Below, piece by piece: positions 24,821 to 34,700 of a stretch of 64,000 nucleotides of DNA. The notes beneath the pieces were generated by a model, which was given only the letters and a program-made list of their open reading frames with translations, did no database searches and was not told the origin of the DNA. Origin of the DNA: an uncultured Oscillospiraceae bacterium (GTDB lineage Bacteria > Bacillota > Clostridia > Acetivibrionales > DTU013); NCBI GenBank assembly GCA_964587755.1, contig CAZPMC010000005.1:2486-66485 (forward strand), in the 5' to 3' direction. The translations under genes and the position numbers were made by a program. How positions within the stretch are numbered: position 1 is the first letter of the stretch; the number at the start of each line of letters is the position of its first letter.

Positions 24821-25756
24821 ATGAATAACGAGGAGTTGTGGGAACTAAAAAAAAGACTTGCTGATTTACCAGTCCTGCAAATGCGTCTAGACAAGCTGCA
24901 AAGCCGGATAAAAGAATCTGAAGAAGAAATAAAATCACTTCTTGCAAAATATGAATCTGAAGCTTTTGATGTAGAAAGGCTTAGAAATGAATCATTATCT
25001 GTGTTTATTTTGAAAACCATAGGAAGGTTTGATAGGAAGCTAGACAAAGAGACACAGGAGATGTTGAAGGCAAAAGCAGAATACGATAAGGCAGAAGAGA
25101 ACTTAAGACAGTTAAAAATAAAAAAAGATGAGCTAATCAAGAGGCTTGGTGAACTAAATTATGACAGCATGAGGTTTGCAAACGAGTTAGAAAGAAGAGA
25201 GGAAGAAATCAGAAGGGACCTGTCAAGTGAAAAGTCAATTAAATACAGGGAGCTTACGAATGAAGAGGATTTGCTTTCAGCTCAGCTTGTCGAAACCCGA
25301 GAGGCTTTGCGTGCAGCTAATGTTGTACTTAAAACAATAGATGATGCAGCTAAATACCTGGAAAGTGCAGAAAACTGGGCTACCTACGATATTTGGTTTA
25401 AAAGCGGTATATTAAGCCACATGGCAAAATACGATAAAATTGATAAAGCGGAGGAGGCCTTCAATAGATTATCTTCTCAAATAAAAGAGTTGAATAGAGA
25501 GCTGTCAGATATAAGCACAATACAAAATCTTTCTTTCTCAGGTGTCGATTCCACAACAAGAGCAATTGATTTTTGGTTTGATAATATATTTACCGATTTA
25601 AATGTCCGGGACAGGATACGAAACGATGCACAACAGCTTAAAAAGCTTCGCAGCCAAATTAACGGCGTTATTTCAAGACTTAAGCGGAACATATCAAGCA
25701 TTGAAGGAAGAAAAAAAGGAATCGGACAGGAAAAGACTAATCTTATTATAAAATAG
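24821..25756 (+). CDS. Coiled-coil protein of unknown function
   Basis: Start set at the ATG at 24821 (AAGGAGA 7 nt upstream); the track's earlier start has no RBS. Heptad-rich and charged throughout, with no TM and no signal peptide. Confidence 0.6.
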   Translation: MNNEELWELKKRLADLPVLQMRLDKLQSRIKESEEEIKSLLAKYESEAFDVERLRNESLSVFILKTIGRFDRKLDKETQEMLKAKAEYDKAEENLRQLKIKKDELIKRLGELNYDSMRFANELERREEEIRRDLSSEKSIKYRELTNEEDLLSAQLVETREALRAANVVLKTIDDAAKYLESAENWATYDIWFKSGILSHMAKYDKIDKAEEAFNRLSSQIKELNRELSDISTIQNLSFSGVDSTTRAIDFWFDNIFTDLNVRDRIRNDAQQLKKLRSQINGVISRLKRNISSIEGRKKGIGQEKTNLIIK

Positions 25757-25783
25757 AGGGAACGGTATGAACGTCCCCTCTAT
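25753..25783. terminator. Bidirectional hairpin between convergent genes
   Basis: ATAGAGGGAACG pairs with ACGTCCCCTCTAT with one mismatch or bulge. It lies between the stops at 25756 (+) and 25801 (-). Confidence 0.55.
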
Positions 25784-25800
25784 ATTATAGATGTGAAATT

Positions 25801-28800
25801 TTAGCGAAGAATCTTAAGGGCTATATACGCAAGATCTTCAATGTTAATTATTCCGTCATTGTTGAAATCCATAGCTTGGACTTCCGGCCAGCATTCGTCA
25901 GATGATGTTTTACCATAGTTGTAAGCTACCATTGCAAGATCACCGATATCTATGCGACCGCTATTGTTTACATCTCCGACTTCGTGGGTACGAACCTTTT
26001 CTATGAAGGCTGCTAAAGCGTCATTTAATTCAGATAAGGCCTGGTCAACCTGTACCTGGGTAGCACTCTCGTCATCATAGACTGCAATTGCTGCGTCTAT
26101 GGCTGTCTGAAGAACAGCCTTTGAGCCAGTTGGGTACTGTCCGGCTTTATCGCCCTCTACAGCTTCATCATGGACATTCTGCGCTTCGGTAATCGCAGCA
26201 GATAAAGCAGTTTTGTCAGCCGGAGGAAGTCCGATACTTATCTCCTTGGTGTCATTGCCGATTGCCACAACTGTCCCGTCTCTGGTGCCAAGCAAGGCAG
26301 AAGTCACACTGACAATACCTGATGTATCATAAACCCCATCAACAGCTTTGAAGTCCAGTAAAAGCAGCGGAGTATTTTCTCCTGTTAGCCCTTCGGTTGT
26401 AGCGCTGATTACCCGTACAGCTCCTGTTTCCGATGTGTCAACCTCCAGTACCATTACAGCATCTGTGTCTTTTGCATTAACGCCTATGAGCTCAAACTTC
26501 TCATCATCAAAACCTATGATAATATCTTGAGCGTAAATATCCTGTGCTATATTTGCTAAGTCAATACCTAATGAAAATGTATCCGATGGTTTTACTGAAG
26601 ACGCACCTGTAATGACTGCTGTGGCTTCTACCCCTTGTATTTTTAGAGTGTAGGAATCTGTTGCAAGAATATCACCATCGCTGTTCTTCATATTGACTGT
26701 AACTATAGCCTCGCCGCTACCTGTAGCTTTGACGGTGGCGGTGCTGTTGATACGCTCATAGGAGATGCCGCCAATCTTACCGGGTCCTGTGTTATCTGTT
26801 TTTCCATCAGTAATATTAATAATTTCAGCCGGGCCTTGGACACTCCATTCATACGAAGCCGGAGCAGACCTGTCAGTAAAGTTAACATGGGGTTCGGCTG
26901 TAAGACTGGTTGTCTGGCCGACAGAAATTTTATCTTTCTGCCCCCTAATCTGTACAGTATGATTCAATGCGTTAATCCAGACTCTGAATGAATTACAGTT
27001 ATTGGCTGACCCGGTCATGCCCATATTTGATGGATTATTGCCTCTGTTGTTGCGGGTGTAATACGGAGTAAGCTGGATAGTCTGTGGAGTTAATCCGGCT
27101 CCATACAACGCCGTTCCTGTGATTTCGACTACCCCTCTTAAAAGGTCCGGCCTCCAGGTCGCAGTAAGCTCCATGTCTCTTGGAATAACGACTTGTCTTG
27201 CGTCCTTGCCGGAGGTCTCTGTGTCAGGAACTCCGGGAGTCTCCAGATTGTAAACTATAGGTCCTCTTTCGATGACAATCTTATTCCTCTGGCCGTAATC
27301 TGGATACTGAGAACCGTAATCTACATTATCATCGGCTTCAGTCAATCTAATTTCCATGGGCATATTGATATGGATGACACTGCCATCTTGAGGCCAGTTC
27401 CGGGTAATAGGAACATATCCCTTATCGTTTGGAGTAGCGTCAATTTCTTCGCCATCCACACTTATGGTAACCTGTTGGTACTTCTGAGCTTTGATCCAGC
27501 CGGGAATGCGTATATTTAACGTAAAGTCCTTTGCAGCAGCGGGTGTAACTGTCATTTTTACGTCCCCGTCCCAAGGATAGTTGGTTTCCTGTACAATCTC
27601 AACGTTAGATCCCTGTACATTTATATTGGCGGTGCTTCCGGCATACATATTAACAAAAATATTATCTTTATTGACCGTATACATATAACCGCCTATATTG
27701 GCAATTGTCCTCATAACGTTAGGCGGGCAGCAAGCACAGCCAAACCATGAGGAACGTGTCTTTGAACCTGAATCAAGTCCGCAGGAGTAGTAGAATAGTC
27801 CGCCGCTTAAGTTTACACCCACCAGCACTCCGTTATATAAAGCTCTTTCGTAGGAATCCACGTATTTGGCATCCTCATAGTAGAGGTTCAACCTTTGATA
27901 CCAGTTGGCGCCTGCTATAGCTGCACAGGTCTCGGTATAAGCGTTTGTGTTGCGAATTCTGTAGTCAGCACCGAAGCCTTCACTTGATTCACCGGAGCCT
28001 AAACCACCGGTAATATATGTGTTGCGTTCGGAAGCCCTGTCATATATACCTGATATAGCTTTAAGATAAGCTGCTTTGTCCGGGTTTGTATCATCGAGCC
28101 AAATCGCCACATCGGTTGCACCTGTGTAGTAATACATGGCCCTTACAGCATGGCCGACAGCATTAGTCTCGTTTACCAGAGGAGTCGCATCCTGTGAATA
28201 ACTGCTTCCGTTGTAGCCGCTCTCTCTTTCGTATTCGCCGGTTCTTCTGCCGCGCCTGTCAACAAGTACATAAGCTGTGTCTCTATATTTGTCACCGGTG
28301 CCGATGCCCTCGATTTCTTCAGTTAGATCAGCCCATTTCATGAGGGCAAGCTCGATTTCCTGGTGTCCTGGGACCTCAGTACGGTATCCATTGCGGCCAA
28401 ATGTATTTACAATATGATCCGCTGCTCTTTTGCCGACTTCGTAAATTCTGTAATCATATTGTTTGGTACCTATGGTGTAACGTGTGTAAGCAACCGCGGC
28501 CTCAAGGAAGTGGCCTATATTGTACATTTCGTGCCTGGCCATATATCTCCAGCGCCAGTCACCGGTGCCGGAGCCGCCGCTGCTGGTAGTCGAACGGTTA
28601 GAAAAACAAGAATTGATGTAACCATCTGCGTATTGGATTGCCTCTATATAACCGATCCATTCGTCGCATTTATTTTGAAGCTCTATTTTCCTGTCACTCA
28701 TTGTCGGGTCATCCCAAATAGCTGCTAAGTTGTAGGCAAATGCCTCGAATGTTTTATATATATCGGTATCCTGGAAGACATAACCACTGTAAGCACCTCT

Positions 28801-30474
28801 AGGTGGATTCATGTTGCCTGAATGGACTTGAGATAACCTGTTTGCAGCGTTTACGAAGTTCCTCTCGGCATAGGAGGCGGAACTGGCAAGCTGTGTCATT
28901 GCAGCGTCAAAGGTAGCACCTGCGTTAACTAACTGCTTTGGTTTCCAAAACACATCGTTAAATACAACATTCTCAGATGTAACGGAATGGTTATAGTCAA
29001 GGGCTTCTAATGGTGGATTAACCGTGATAATTGCCTTAACCGGCAAACCGGGAGCTCTGCTGCCATCGGCTGTGACCCCCGTTACTTCAAAGGAGGTGCC
29101 GATTTTATCATGGGCATAATCCGCTTCAGTGAAGCTGTCTGTATCCCATACAACCGGAACAAGACTTGATTCAAATACTTCTGCGAAGTTGTAGCTTCCT
29201 GCCGTATCTGGCGTGGGGGTATCAAACACAAGACCATCGACCACAACCCTCTTTGGCAGGATAGGCGGTTTGCCCGCTGCGGTGCCTGTAACGTAATCTT
29301 GTGCCTTTCTGAGCTTTATAATCAAGTCAAAGTAATTGGTTGCCTCAAGGCCTTTGCCGGGAGAGCTAATCTTTACAGAAAGCCTTGCCGAACCTTTTGT
29401 CACACCTTCTATAGTAACGGTACTGTCTGTGTCGGTTCCGACAATATTGGCGTTTTCGTTGTCAAGGCTCCATTCATAGGTTATGTCCGTCAAAGTGCCG
29501 GCGGTGACAGTTGTTGTATAAACCTGCTGTGTACCAACAGCAACCATGGATTCGCCTGCTATGCTCACGGAAATATTTTGCACATTTATATCCATGGTAG
29601 CCACTGCTTCCTGAACTCCGGAGTCATGTCTTGCGGTTACAGAAAGCTTTGCATCGCCTACGCTAACAGCCTCCACATCGACGGTTTTACCAGTATTATC
29701 GCCTACGATCCTGATATTTTCGTTATCGACATTCCATTCATATGTAACGCCTTCGATATTCGGGTAAAGGACATATGCAGTATAAGTATTAGTCTCACTA
29801 ACAACAGGCTGTGCCTTACCTCCAATACTCACTGAATGTAGGACTGGATCCCCGGTAGCGCCAAATATTTCCCATTCGCCTATACCGGCACCGGTAGAAC
29901 CGGAAGGTTTTGTGATACTTAAGCGTAATTGTGTGGTGACTATAGGATCGAAAGTCACACCGTTCCAAATCCTGTTAGTGCCGTTGGTGCCGCTGCCTTC
30001 AATACCTACAGACGTCACAGGTGTGCCTGAAGCATCCTTCATATTGGTAACGTTGACAAATGAAGAGCCGTCCCAATACTGAACTACTGCACTCTCAGGA
30101 AGTCTGACACCACCACCGTCATACCACCACATAACCCTTGTGGCGTCAATTGCCTGGGGCTGCTCCCAAGTACATTGCACCCAGACCGGGTTTTGGCTTG
30201 TGTTCCATGAGTTCCAGCCTTGACTCGGCGAGCTACCTGTAGCCAGAGAGCCGTTAATCATTCGGGCGCACTGTACATCAGGCGCGCCGTTTGTGTCATT
30301 GGAATAGCTGGCTGTTGCTGTAGCAGCCCGGGCGATATTGCCTTCTTCAAGACTAACTACATCCGTGCCTGTAGGAAGGCCTGCATAAGCAAACTGGGCT
30401 GACAACACACTAAACAGCAATACCAAGACCAGAGCCATTGATAGAGTTCTTTTTTTCATTACTCTTATGACCAT
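25801..30474 (-). CDS. Multimodular secreted GH127 (DUF1680, beta-L-arabinofuranosidase family) enzyme: discoidin/CBM32-like, 2x Big_2, GH127, Big_2, cohesin, FIVAR-like linker, dockerin
   Basis: Signal peptide MVIRVMKKRTLSMALVLVLLFSVLSAQFAYA; start set at the ATG at 30474, 10 nt after AGGAGG. F5/8-type-C-like module (...GAGIGEWEIFG). Big_2 repeats. GH127 core with HQEIELALMKW and the Cys-rich zinc site FGCACCPPNVMR. The cohesin and dockerin modules are listed separately. Confidence 0.85.
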   Translation of the reverse strand: MVIRVMKKRTLSMALVLVLLFSVLSAQFAYAGLPTGTDVVSLEEGNIARAATATASYSNDTNGAPDVQCARMINGSLATGSSPSQGWNSWNTSQNPVWVQCTWEQPQAIDATRVMWWYDGGGVRLPESAVVQYWDGSSFVNVTNMKDASGTPVTSVGIEGSGTNGTNRIWNGVTFDPIVTTQLRLSITKPSGSTGAGIGEWEIFGATGDPVLHSVSIGGKAQPVVSETNTYTAYVLYPNIEGVTYEWNVDNENIRIVGDNTGKTVDVEAVSVGDAKLSVTARHDSGVQEAVATMDINVQNISVSIAGESMVAVGTQQVYTTTVTAGTLTDITYEWSLDNENANIVGTDTDSTVTIEGVTKGSARLSVKISSPGKGLEATNYFDLIIKLRKAQDYVTGTAAGKPPILPKRVVVDGLVFDTPTPDTAGSYNFAEVFESSLVPVVWDTDSFTEADYAHDKIGTSFEVTGVTADGSRAPGLPVKAIITVNPPLEALDYNHSVTSENVVFNDVFWKPKQLVNAGATFDAAMTQLASSASYAERNFVNAANRLSQVHSGNMNPPRGAYSGYVFQDTDIYKTFEAFAYNLAAIWDDPTMSDRKIELQNKCDEWIGYIEAIQYADGYINSCFSNRSTTSSGGSGTGDWRWRYMARHEMYNIGHFLEAAVAYTRYTIGTKQYDYRIYEVGKRAADHIVNTFGRNGYRTEVPGHQEIELALMKWADLTEEIEGIGTGDKYRDTAYVLVDRRGRRTGEYERESGYNGSSYSQDATPLVNETNAVGHAVRAMYYYTGATDVAIWLDDTNPDKAAYLKAISGIYDRASERNTYITGGLGSGESSEGFGADYRIRNTNAYTETCAAIAGANWYQRLNLYYEDAKYVDSYERALYNGVLVGVNLSGGLFYYSCGLDSGSKTRSSWFGCACCPPNVMRTIANIGGYMYTVNKDNIFVNMYAGSTANINVQGSNVEIVQETNYPWDGDVKMTVTPAAAKDFTLNIRIPGWIKAQKYQQVTISVDGEEIDATPNDKGYVPITRNWPQDGSVIHINMPMEIRLTEADDNVDYGSQYPDYGQRNKIVIERGPIVYNLETPGVPDTETSGKDARQVVIPRDMELTATWRPDLLRGVVEITGTALYGAGLTPQTIQLTPYYTRNNRGNNPSNMGMTGSANNCNSFRVWINALNHTVQIRGQKDKISVGQTTSLTAEPHVNFTDRSAPASYEWSVQGPAEIINITDGKTDNTGPGKIGGISYERINSTATVKATGSGEAIVTVNMKNSDGDILATDSYTLKIQGVEATAVITGASSVKPSDTFSLGIDLANIAQDIYAQDIIIGFDDEKFELIGVNAKDTDAVMVLEVDTSETGAVRVISATTEGLTGENTPLLLLDFKAVDGVYDTSGIVSVTSALLGTRDGTVVAIGNDTKEISIGLPPADKTALSAAITEAQNVHDEAVEGDKAGQYPTGSKAVLQTAIDAAIAVYDDESATQVQVDQALSELNDALAAFIEKVRTHEVGDVNNSGRIDIGDLAMVAYNYGKTSSDECWPEVQAMDFNNDGIINIEDLAYIALKILR
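25804..25977 (-). other. Dockerin module (two F-hand Ca-binding repeats) at the C-terminus of the GH127 protein
   Basis: GDVNNSGRIDIGDLAMVA...MDFNNDGIINIEDLAYIALKIL: two DxNxDGxIxxxDL repeats. Confidence 0.85.
26230..26625 (-). other. Cohesin-like module inside the GH127 protein
   Basis: A 132-aa segment, ATAVITGASSVKPSDTFSLGIDLANIAQDIYAQDIIIGFDDEKFELIGV...LLLLDFKAVDG...SALLGTRDG, showing the typical cohesin beta-sandwich sequence pattern. Confidence 0.65.
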
Positions 30475-30765
30475 AAAATTTACACCTCCTGGTATGATTA
30501 TGAGCATCCACGGGTAGTTAATATAAATAGTGGAAAAATATGGAATGGTACTCAAAATTTATTATATGCAATTACATATAATTAAACAAGATTATTGCCC
30601 GAAAACAGGAAAAATCAAAGGTTTAATAATATTTTCCATGATATTACATGATTCCCTTCTTTACAAAATTTATCGGATATATTAATATGGTTGTAAAAAT
30701 GAGTAATATTTGATAATGTGGGTATATTTTTAAGCAGCGGCTTTGCTGACAGAGAGGGGAAAAGC

Positions 30766-31650
30766 ATGAGTGATATGACGCTACCGCATTTAATGGGTTG
30801 CGATGCTGCCTTTGAAGAGGCTGAAATTATCATTTTCGGCGCTGGATTTGACGGAACGGCATCTTTCAGACCTGGCTCCCGTTTTGGTCCACAGGCTGTT
30901 CGTTCTGAGTTCTACGGATTGGAGACATATTCGCCTGTATTGGACAGAGACATAACACAGCTTGATATATGTGATGCAGGTGATTTGGAGCTGACCTTTG
31001 GGGATACACACAAAGCACTGGAGCTTATCGGAAAAGCTGTCGGTGAAATAATCAATGCAGGTAAAAAACCGTTTATGATAGGCGGAGAGCACCTTATCAC
31101 ATTGCCGGCTTTTAAAGCTGCGTTTCAAAGGTATCCTGACATACATTTGATACATATTGATGCTCATACAGATCTTAGAGACGAGTATTCAGGGCAGCAG
31201 CTATCACATGCAAGCGTGGTTCGCAGGATTTGGGAGATTACAGGTGACAGATGCATTTGGCAGCTGGGCATACGAAGCGGACTAAAGGAGGAATTTGACT
31301 GGGCGAAGGAAGGTCATACATATATGAGGCCCTTTGATCTGTCGCAGGCAAAGGAAGCTGCCCAATCAATCGGCGATAAGCCGGTATACCTTACGGTGGA
31401 CCTGGATATACTGGATCCTTCAGTTCTGCCGGGTACAGGAACTCCTGAACCCGGGGGTGTTTCATTTACTGAACTGATGGCAGCTCTTTATTGCTTCAGA
31501 GGAATGAACATAGTTGCGGCAGATATGGTGGAGCTATCTCCTATGCTGGATTATTCGGGGATTTCTACAGCAGCGGCATGTAAGACTATGAGGGAAATGC
31601 TGCTTTTAATAGGAACTATCAAAAAACAGGAGGATTATAAAGAATGGTAA
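30766..31650 (+). CDS. speB: Agmatinase
   Basis: Closely resembles B. subtilis SpeB by eye (SFRPGSRFGP, GGEHLITLP, IDAHTDLR, TVDLDILDP, PGTGTPEPGG). Start set at the ATG at 30766 (GAGAGGGGA upstream). Confidence 0.9.
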   Translation: MSDMTLPHLMGCDAAFEEAEIIIFGAGFDGTASFRPGSRFGPQAVRSEFYGLETYSPVLDRDITQLDICDAGDLELTFGDTHKALELIGKAVGEIINAGKKPFMIGGEHLITLPAFKAAFQRYPDIHLIHIDAHTDLRDEYSGQQLSHASVVRRIWEITGDRCIWQLGIRSGLKEEFDWAKEGHTYMRPFDLSQAKEAAQSIGDKPVYLTVDLDILDPSVLPGTGTPEPGGVSFTELMAALYCFRGMNIVAADMVELSPMLDYSGISTAAACKTMREMLLLIGTIKKQEDYKEW

Positions 31651-33596
31651 GCAAAACAAAAAGTGCTGATTTGAAAAAAGTGAGGATTTACGATGGCATA
31701 TGGAAGAAATATACGGATTTGGTGCGGAACACAGTAATACCGTACCAGTGGGAAGCACTTAACGACAGGGTTGACGATGCAGAACCAAGCCATTCCATAA
31801 AGAATTTCCGCATTGCAGCAGGCGAGGAAAAAGGAGAGTTCGGCGGTTGGGTATTTCAGGATAGTGACCCTGCAAAGTGGCTTGAAGCAGTGGGGTACTC
31901 CCTGGCTGTTTCCCCGGATCCTGAACTTATGAAAAATGCCGATGAGCTTATTGATTTAATAGGAAGAGCCCAGCAGCCTGATGGGTATTTGAATACATAT
32001 TTTATAATAAAAGAGCCTGATAAGAGATGGAGTAACCTTACGGACTGCCATGAGCTTTATTCCGCAGGGCACCTGATTGAAGCTGCAGTAGCTTATTATG
32101 AGGGGACAGGTAAAAGAAAATTCCTTGATATAATGTGCCGCTATGCTGATTATATTGACACAGTATTCGGCCGCGAACCTGGTAAGCTTAAAGGATACGG
32201 CGGTCATGAGGAAATTGAACTGGCACTGGTCAGACTATATAAAGCTACGAATAATGAGAAATACTTGAAGCTTGCTTCTTACTTTGTAGATGAACGCGGA
32301 CAGGAGCCTAATTATTTTCGTAAGGAATGGGAAAGTAGGGGCAAAACATCATTTTGGCAGCCAAAACAGGAAACAAAGCTGGATCTTGAGTACTGTCAGG
32401 CTCATGTCCCGGTCCGCCAGCAAAAAGAGGCGGTGGGACATGCAGTAAGAGCTGTATATCTTTACTCTGCAATGGCGGATCTTGCGGCTGAAAATAATGA
32501 TGCCCAGCTTTTTTCTGTGTGCAAGACTCTTTGGGAAAACATTGCAACTAAGCAGATGTATATAACCGGGGGAATTGGCTCCACCCGGCACGGAGAGGCG
32601 TTTTCTTATAATTATAATTTGCCTAACGATACTGCATACCAGGAAACTTGCGCATCTATAGGATTGATATTTTTTGCGCACAGGATGCTTAAATTGGAAG
32701 TTGATAGCTGCTACGCAGATGTAATGGAGAGGTCCTTGTACAATTCAACAATAAGCGGGATGTCACAAGACGGAAAGAGCTTTTTCTATGTAAATCCTTT
32801 GGAGGCAGATCCTGTGGCATCGGTAAAGGAGCCTGGTAAAACACACGTTAAGGTTCAAAGACAGAAATGGTATGGCTGTGCCTGCTGTCCGCCGAACCTT
32901 GCCAGATTGATTATGTCTTTGGGCAGCTATATTTATACAAGTGATGACAAAAATGTATACACTCATCTGTACATTGACGGGGAGGCTGAGCTTGAGGTAC
33001 GCTCAGGCAAGGTCGTAATTGAGCAGAAAACAAATTATCCTTGGACAGAAGACATATTACTTAAGTTTAAAGAGGTACCGGAAGGAGAATTCGGGCTTGG
33101 CTTAAGGATTCCCGGCTGGTGCCGTAAGGCCGAGATTAAGGTGAATGGAGAAAATATTGATATAAGCAAGATAGTGAATAAAGGCTATGCCGTTATTAAA
33201 AGGGCATGGAAGGTGGATGATTTAGTAGAGCTGAACCTTGAAATGCCTGTAGAGCTGATTGATGCCAATCCCAATGTCCATTATAATGCAGGAAAAGTAG
33301 CTATACAGAGAGGACCTGTAGTATATTGCCTTGAAGAGGAGGATAACGGCAAAAACCTGTCATCTATTGAAATAGACAGCACTAGCCGGTTTGATACAGA
33401 GTATGATAACAACTTCTTCGGAGGTGCTGTTATAATAAAGGGTACTGCATTTCGTGATAGCGTATCCGGTTGGGATGGACAGTTGTACCGGCCTCATAAA
33501 AGAAAGACAGACTCTTTTACCTTCAAAGCCATACCCTATTATTTATGGGCAAACAGGGGGCCTGGTGAAATGCAGGTTTGGACAAGATGCAAATAA
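31644..33596 (+). CDS. GH127 family glycoside hydrolase (HypBA1-like beta-L-arabinofuranosidase family), intracellular
   Basis: No signal peptide. HEEIELALVRLY, GHAVRAVYLY and YGCACCPPNLARL motifs. The start overlaps the speB stop (ATGGTAA). Confidence 0.85.
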   Translation: MVSKTKSADLKKVRIYDGIWKKYTDLVRNTVIPYQWEALNDRVDDAEPSHSIKNFRIAAGEEKGEFGGWVFQDSDPAKWLEAVGYSLAVSPDPELMKNADELIDLIGRAQQPDGYLNTYFIIKEPDKRWSNLTDCHELYSAGHLIEAAVAYYEGTGKRKFLDIMCRYADYIDTVFGREPGKLKGYGGHEEIELALVRLYKATNNEKYLKLASYFVDERGQEPNYFRKEWESRGKTSFWQPKQETKLDLEYCQAHVPVRQQKEAVGHAVRAVYLYSAMADLAAENNDAQLFSVCKTLWENIATKQMYITGGIGSTRHGEAFSYNYNLPNDTAYQETCASIGLIFFAHRMLKLEVDSCYADVMERSLYNSTISGMSQDGKSFFYVNPLEADPVASVKEPGKTHVKVQRQKWYGCACCPPNLARLIMSLGSYIYTSDDKNVYTHLYIDGEAELEVRSGKVVIEQKTNYPWTEDILLKFKEVPEGEFGLGLRIPGWCRKAEIKVNGENIDISKIVNKGYAVIKRAWKVDDLVELNLEMPVELIDANPNVHYNAGKVAIQRGPVVYCLEEEDNGKNLSSIEIDSTSRFDTEYDNNFFGGAVIIKGTAFRDSVSGWDGQLYRPHKRKTDSFTFKAIPYYLWANRGPGEMQVWTRCK

Positions 33597-33675
33597 GTGA
33601 CGGGAATAAGTAGTGTATAGTTGTTAAATTGGATAATGCGTAATGTAATCACTTGTGTTACAATTATATAAGGAT

Positions 33676-33700
33676 ATTCCTAAGGAGCTTTTTTAGGAAT
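33676..33700 (+). terminator. Hairpin downstream of the GH127 gene
   Basis: ATTCCTAA (33676-33683) pairs with TTAGGAAT (33693-33700), followed by GTCCTTTTAATT. Confidence 0.45.
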
Positions 33701-33762
33701 GTCCTTTTAATTAATGCAGCAATATTTAAAATTAATATTTGGAATTGAAAGGCGGAAAATAA

Positions 33763-34680
33763 ATGCCCATTAAAATACCTGACACTTTACCGGCCGCGGA
33801 AGTGCTAACTAAAGAAAATATATTTATAATGACTGAGGAAAGAGCTGAGAGGCAGGATATAAGACCTCTTAATATAGCTATACTCAATCTTATGCCTACA
33901 AAGATAATTACTGAGACTCAGTTGCTCAGGCTAATCGGTAACACCCCGATTCAGGTGGATGTTACATTTCTACACCCTGAGTCCCATAAATCAAAAAATA
34001 CACCCATAACGCATCTCATGAAGTTCTACAACACATTTAGTGAAATTAAGGACAAGAAATTTGACGGTCTTATAATTACCGGCGCACCTGTTGAGCTGCT
34101 GGAATTTGAGGAAGTCAACTACTGGAATGAGCTTCAGGAAATAATGGATTGGAGCATCCGGAATGTATACTCTACCTTCCATATATGTTGGGGAGCTCAA
34201 GCCGCACTATACCATCATTATGGGATAAAGAAGTATCCTTTGAAAGATAAGATGTCCGGTGTTTTTAAGCATAAGATTATCGGACCACATATTAAGCTTT
34301 TAAGGGGATTTGATGAAATCTTTTATGCTCCTCATTCAAGACATACAGAAATCAGACGTGAAGATATAGAGAAGGTGGAGGAGCTTCAAATTATATCAGA
34401 ATCTGATGAAGCCGGCGTTTATATTGTTACTGCACTCAATGGAAGGCAAATATTTGTTACAGGCCACTCGGAATATGATGCCGGGACATTAAAGGATGAA
34501 TACGAAAGAGATCTTTTAAAGGGTATGAACCCAATAGTTCCAAAGAACTATTTTCCTGAGGATAACCCTGAAAAAGCCCCGATAGTCAGGTGGAGAGCTC
34601 ATGCAAATCTGCTTTTTGCCAACTGGCTCAACTATTATGTATACCAAGAGACTCCTTATGATTTGACAGAACTGAAATAA
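33763..34680 (+). CDS. metA: Homoserine O-acyltransferase (MetA family)
   Basis: [11 protein letters not shown]...[12 protein letters not shown]...GLIITGAP...HICWGAQA: the full-length MetA signature. Confidence 0.9.
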   Translation: MPIKIPDTLPAAEVLTKENIFIMTEERAERQDIRPLNIAILNLMPTKIITETQLLRLIGNTPIQVDVTFLHPESHKSKNTPITHLMKFYNTFSEIKDKKFDGLIITGAPVELLEFEEVNYWNELQEIMDWSIRNVYSTFHICWGAQAALYHHYGIKKYPLKDKMSGVFKHKIIGPHIKLLRGFDEIFYAPHSRHTEIRREDIEKVEELQIISESDEAGVYIVTALNGRQIFVTGHSEYDAGTLKDEYERDLLKGMNPIVPKNYFPEDNPEKAPIVRWRAHANLLFANWLNYYVYQETPYDLTELK

Positions 34681-34700
34681 CTTGTATAGGAGATGTGATT

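Noticed and set aside
29299-29835. A 178-aa ORF on the + strand inside the GH127 gene. Similar long antisense or out-of-frame ORFs occur at 28363..28728, 27193..27519, 23389..23886, 15400..15939, 13678..14088, 18174..18596, 47136..47525, 48223..48603, 61104..61478 and 61584..61937.
   Set aside because: Each lies entirely within a well-supported gene on the opposite strand or in another frame. They lack an RBS and have low-complexity or Cys/Ser/Arg-skewed composition typical of shadow ORFs.
33597-33762. An expected S-box (SAM-I) riboswitch or T-box leader upstream of metA.
   Set aside because: The 166-nt spacer is AT-rich. It lacks the conserved S-box core sequences and any T-box (AGGGUGGNACCGCG-like) element. 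Only a small hairpin at 33676-33700 is present, better explained as the upstream gene's terminator.
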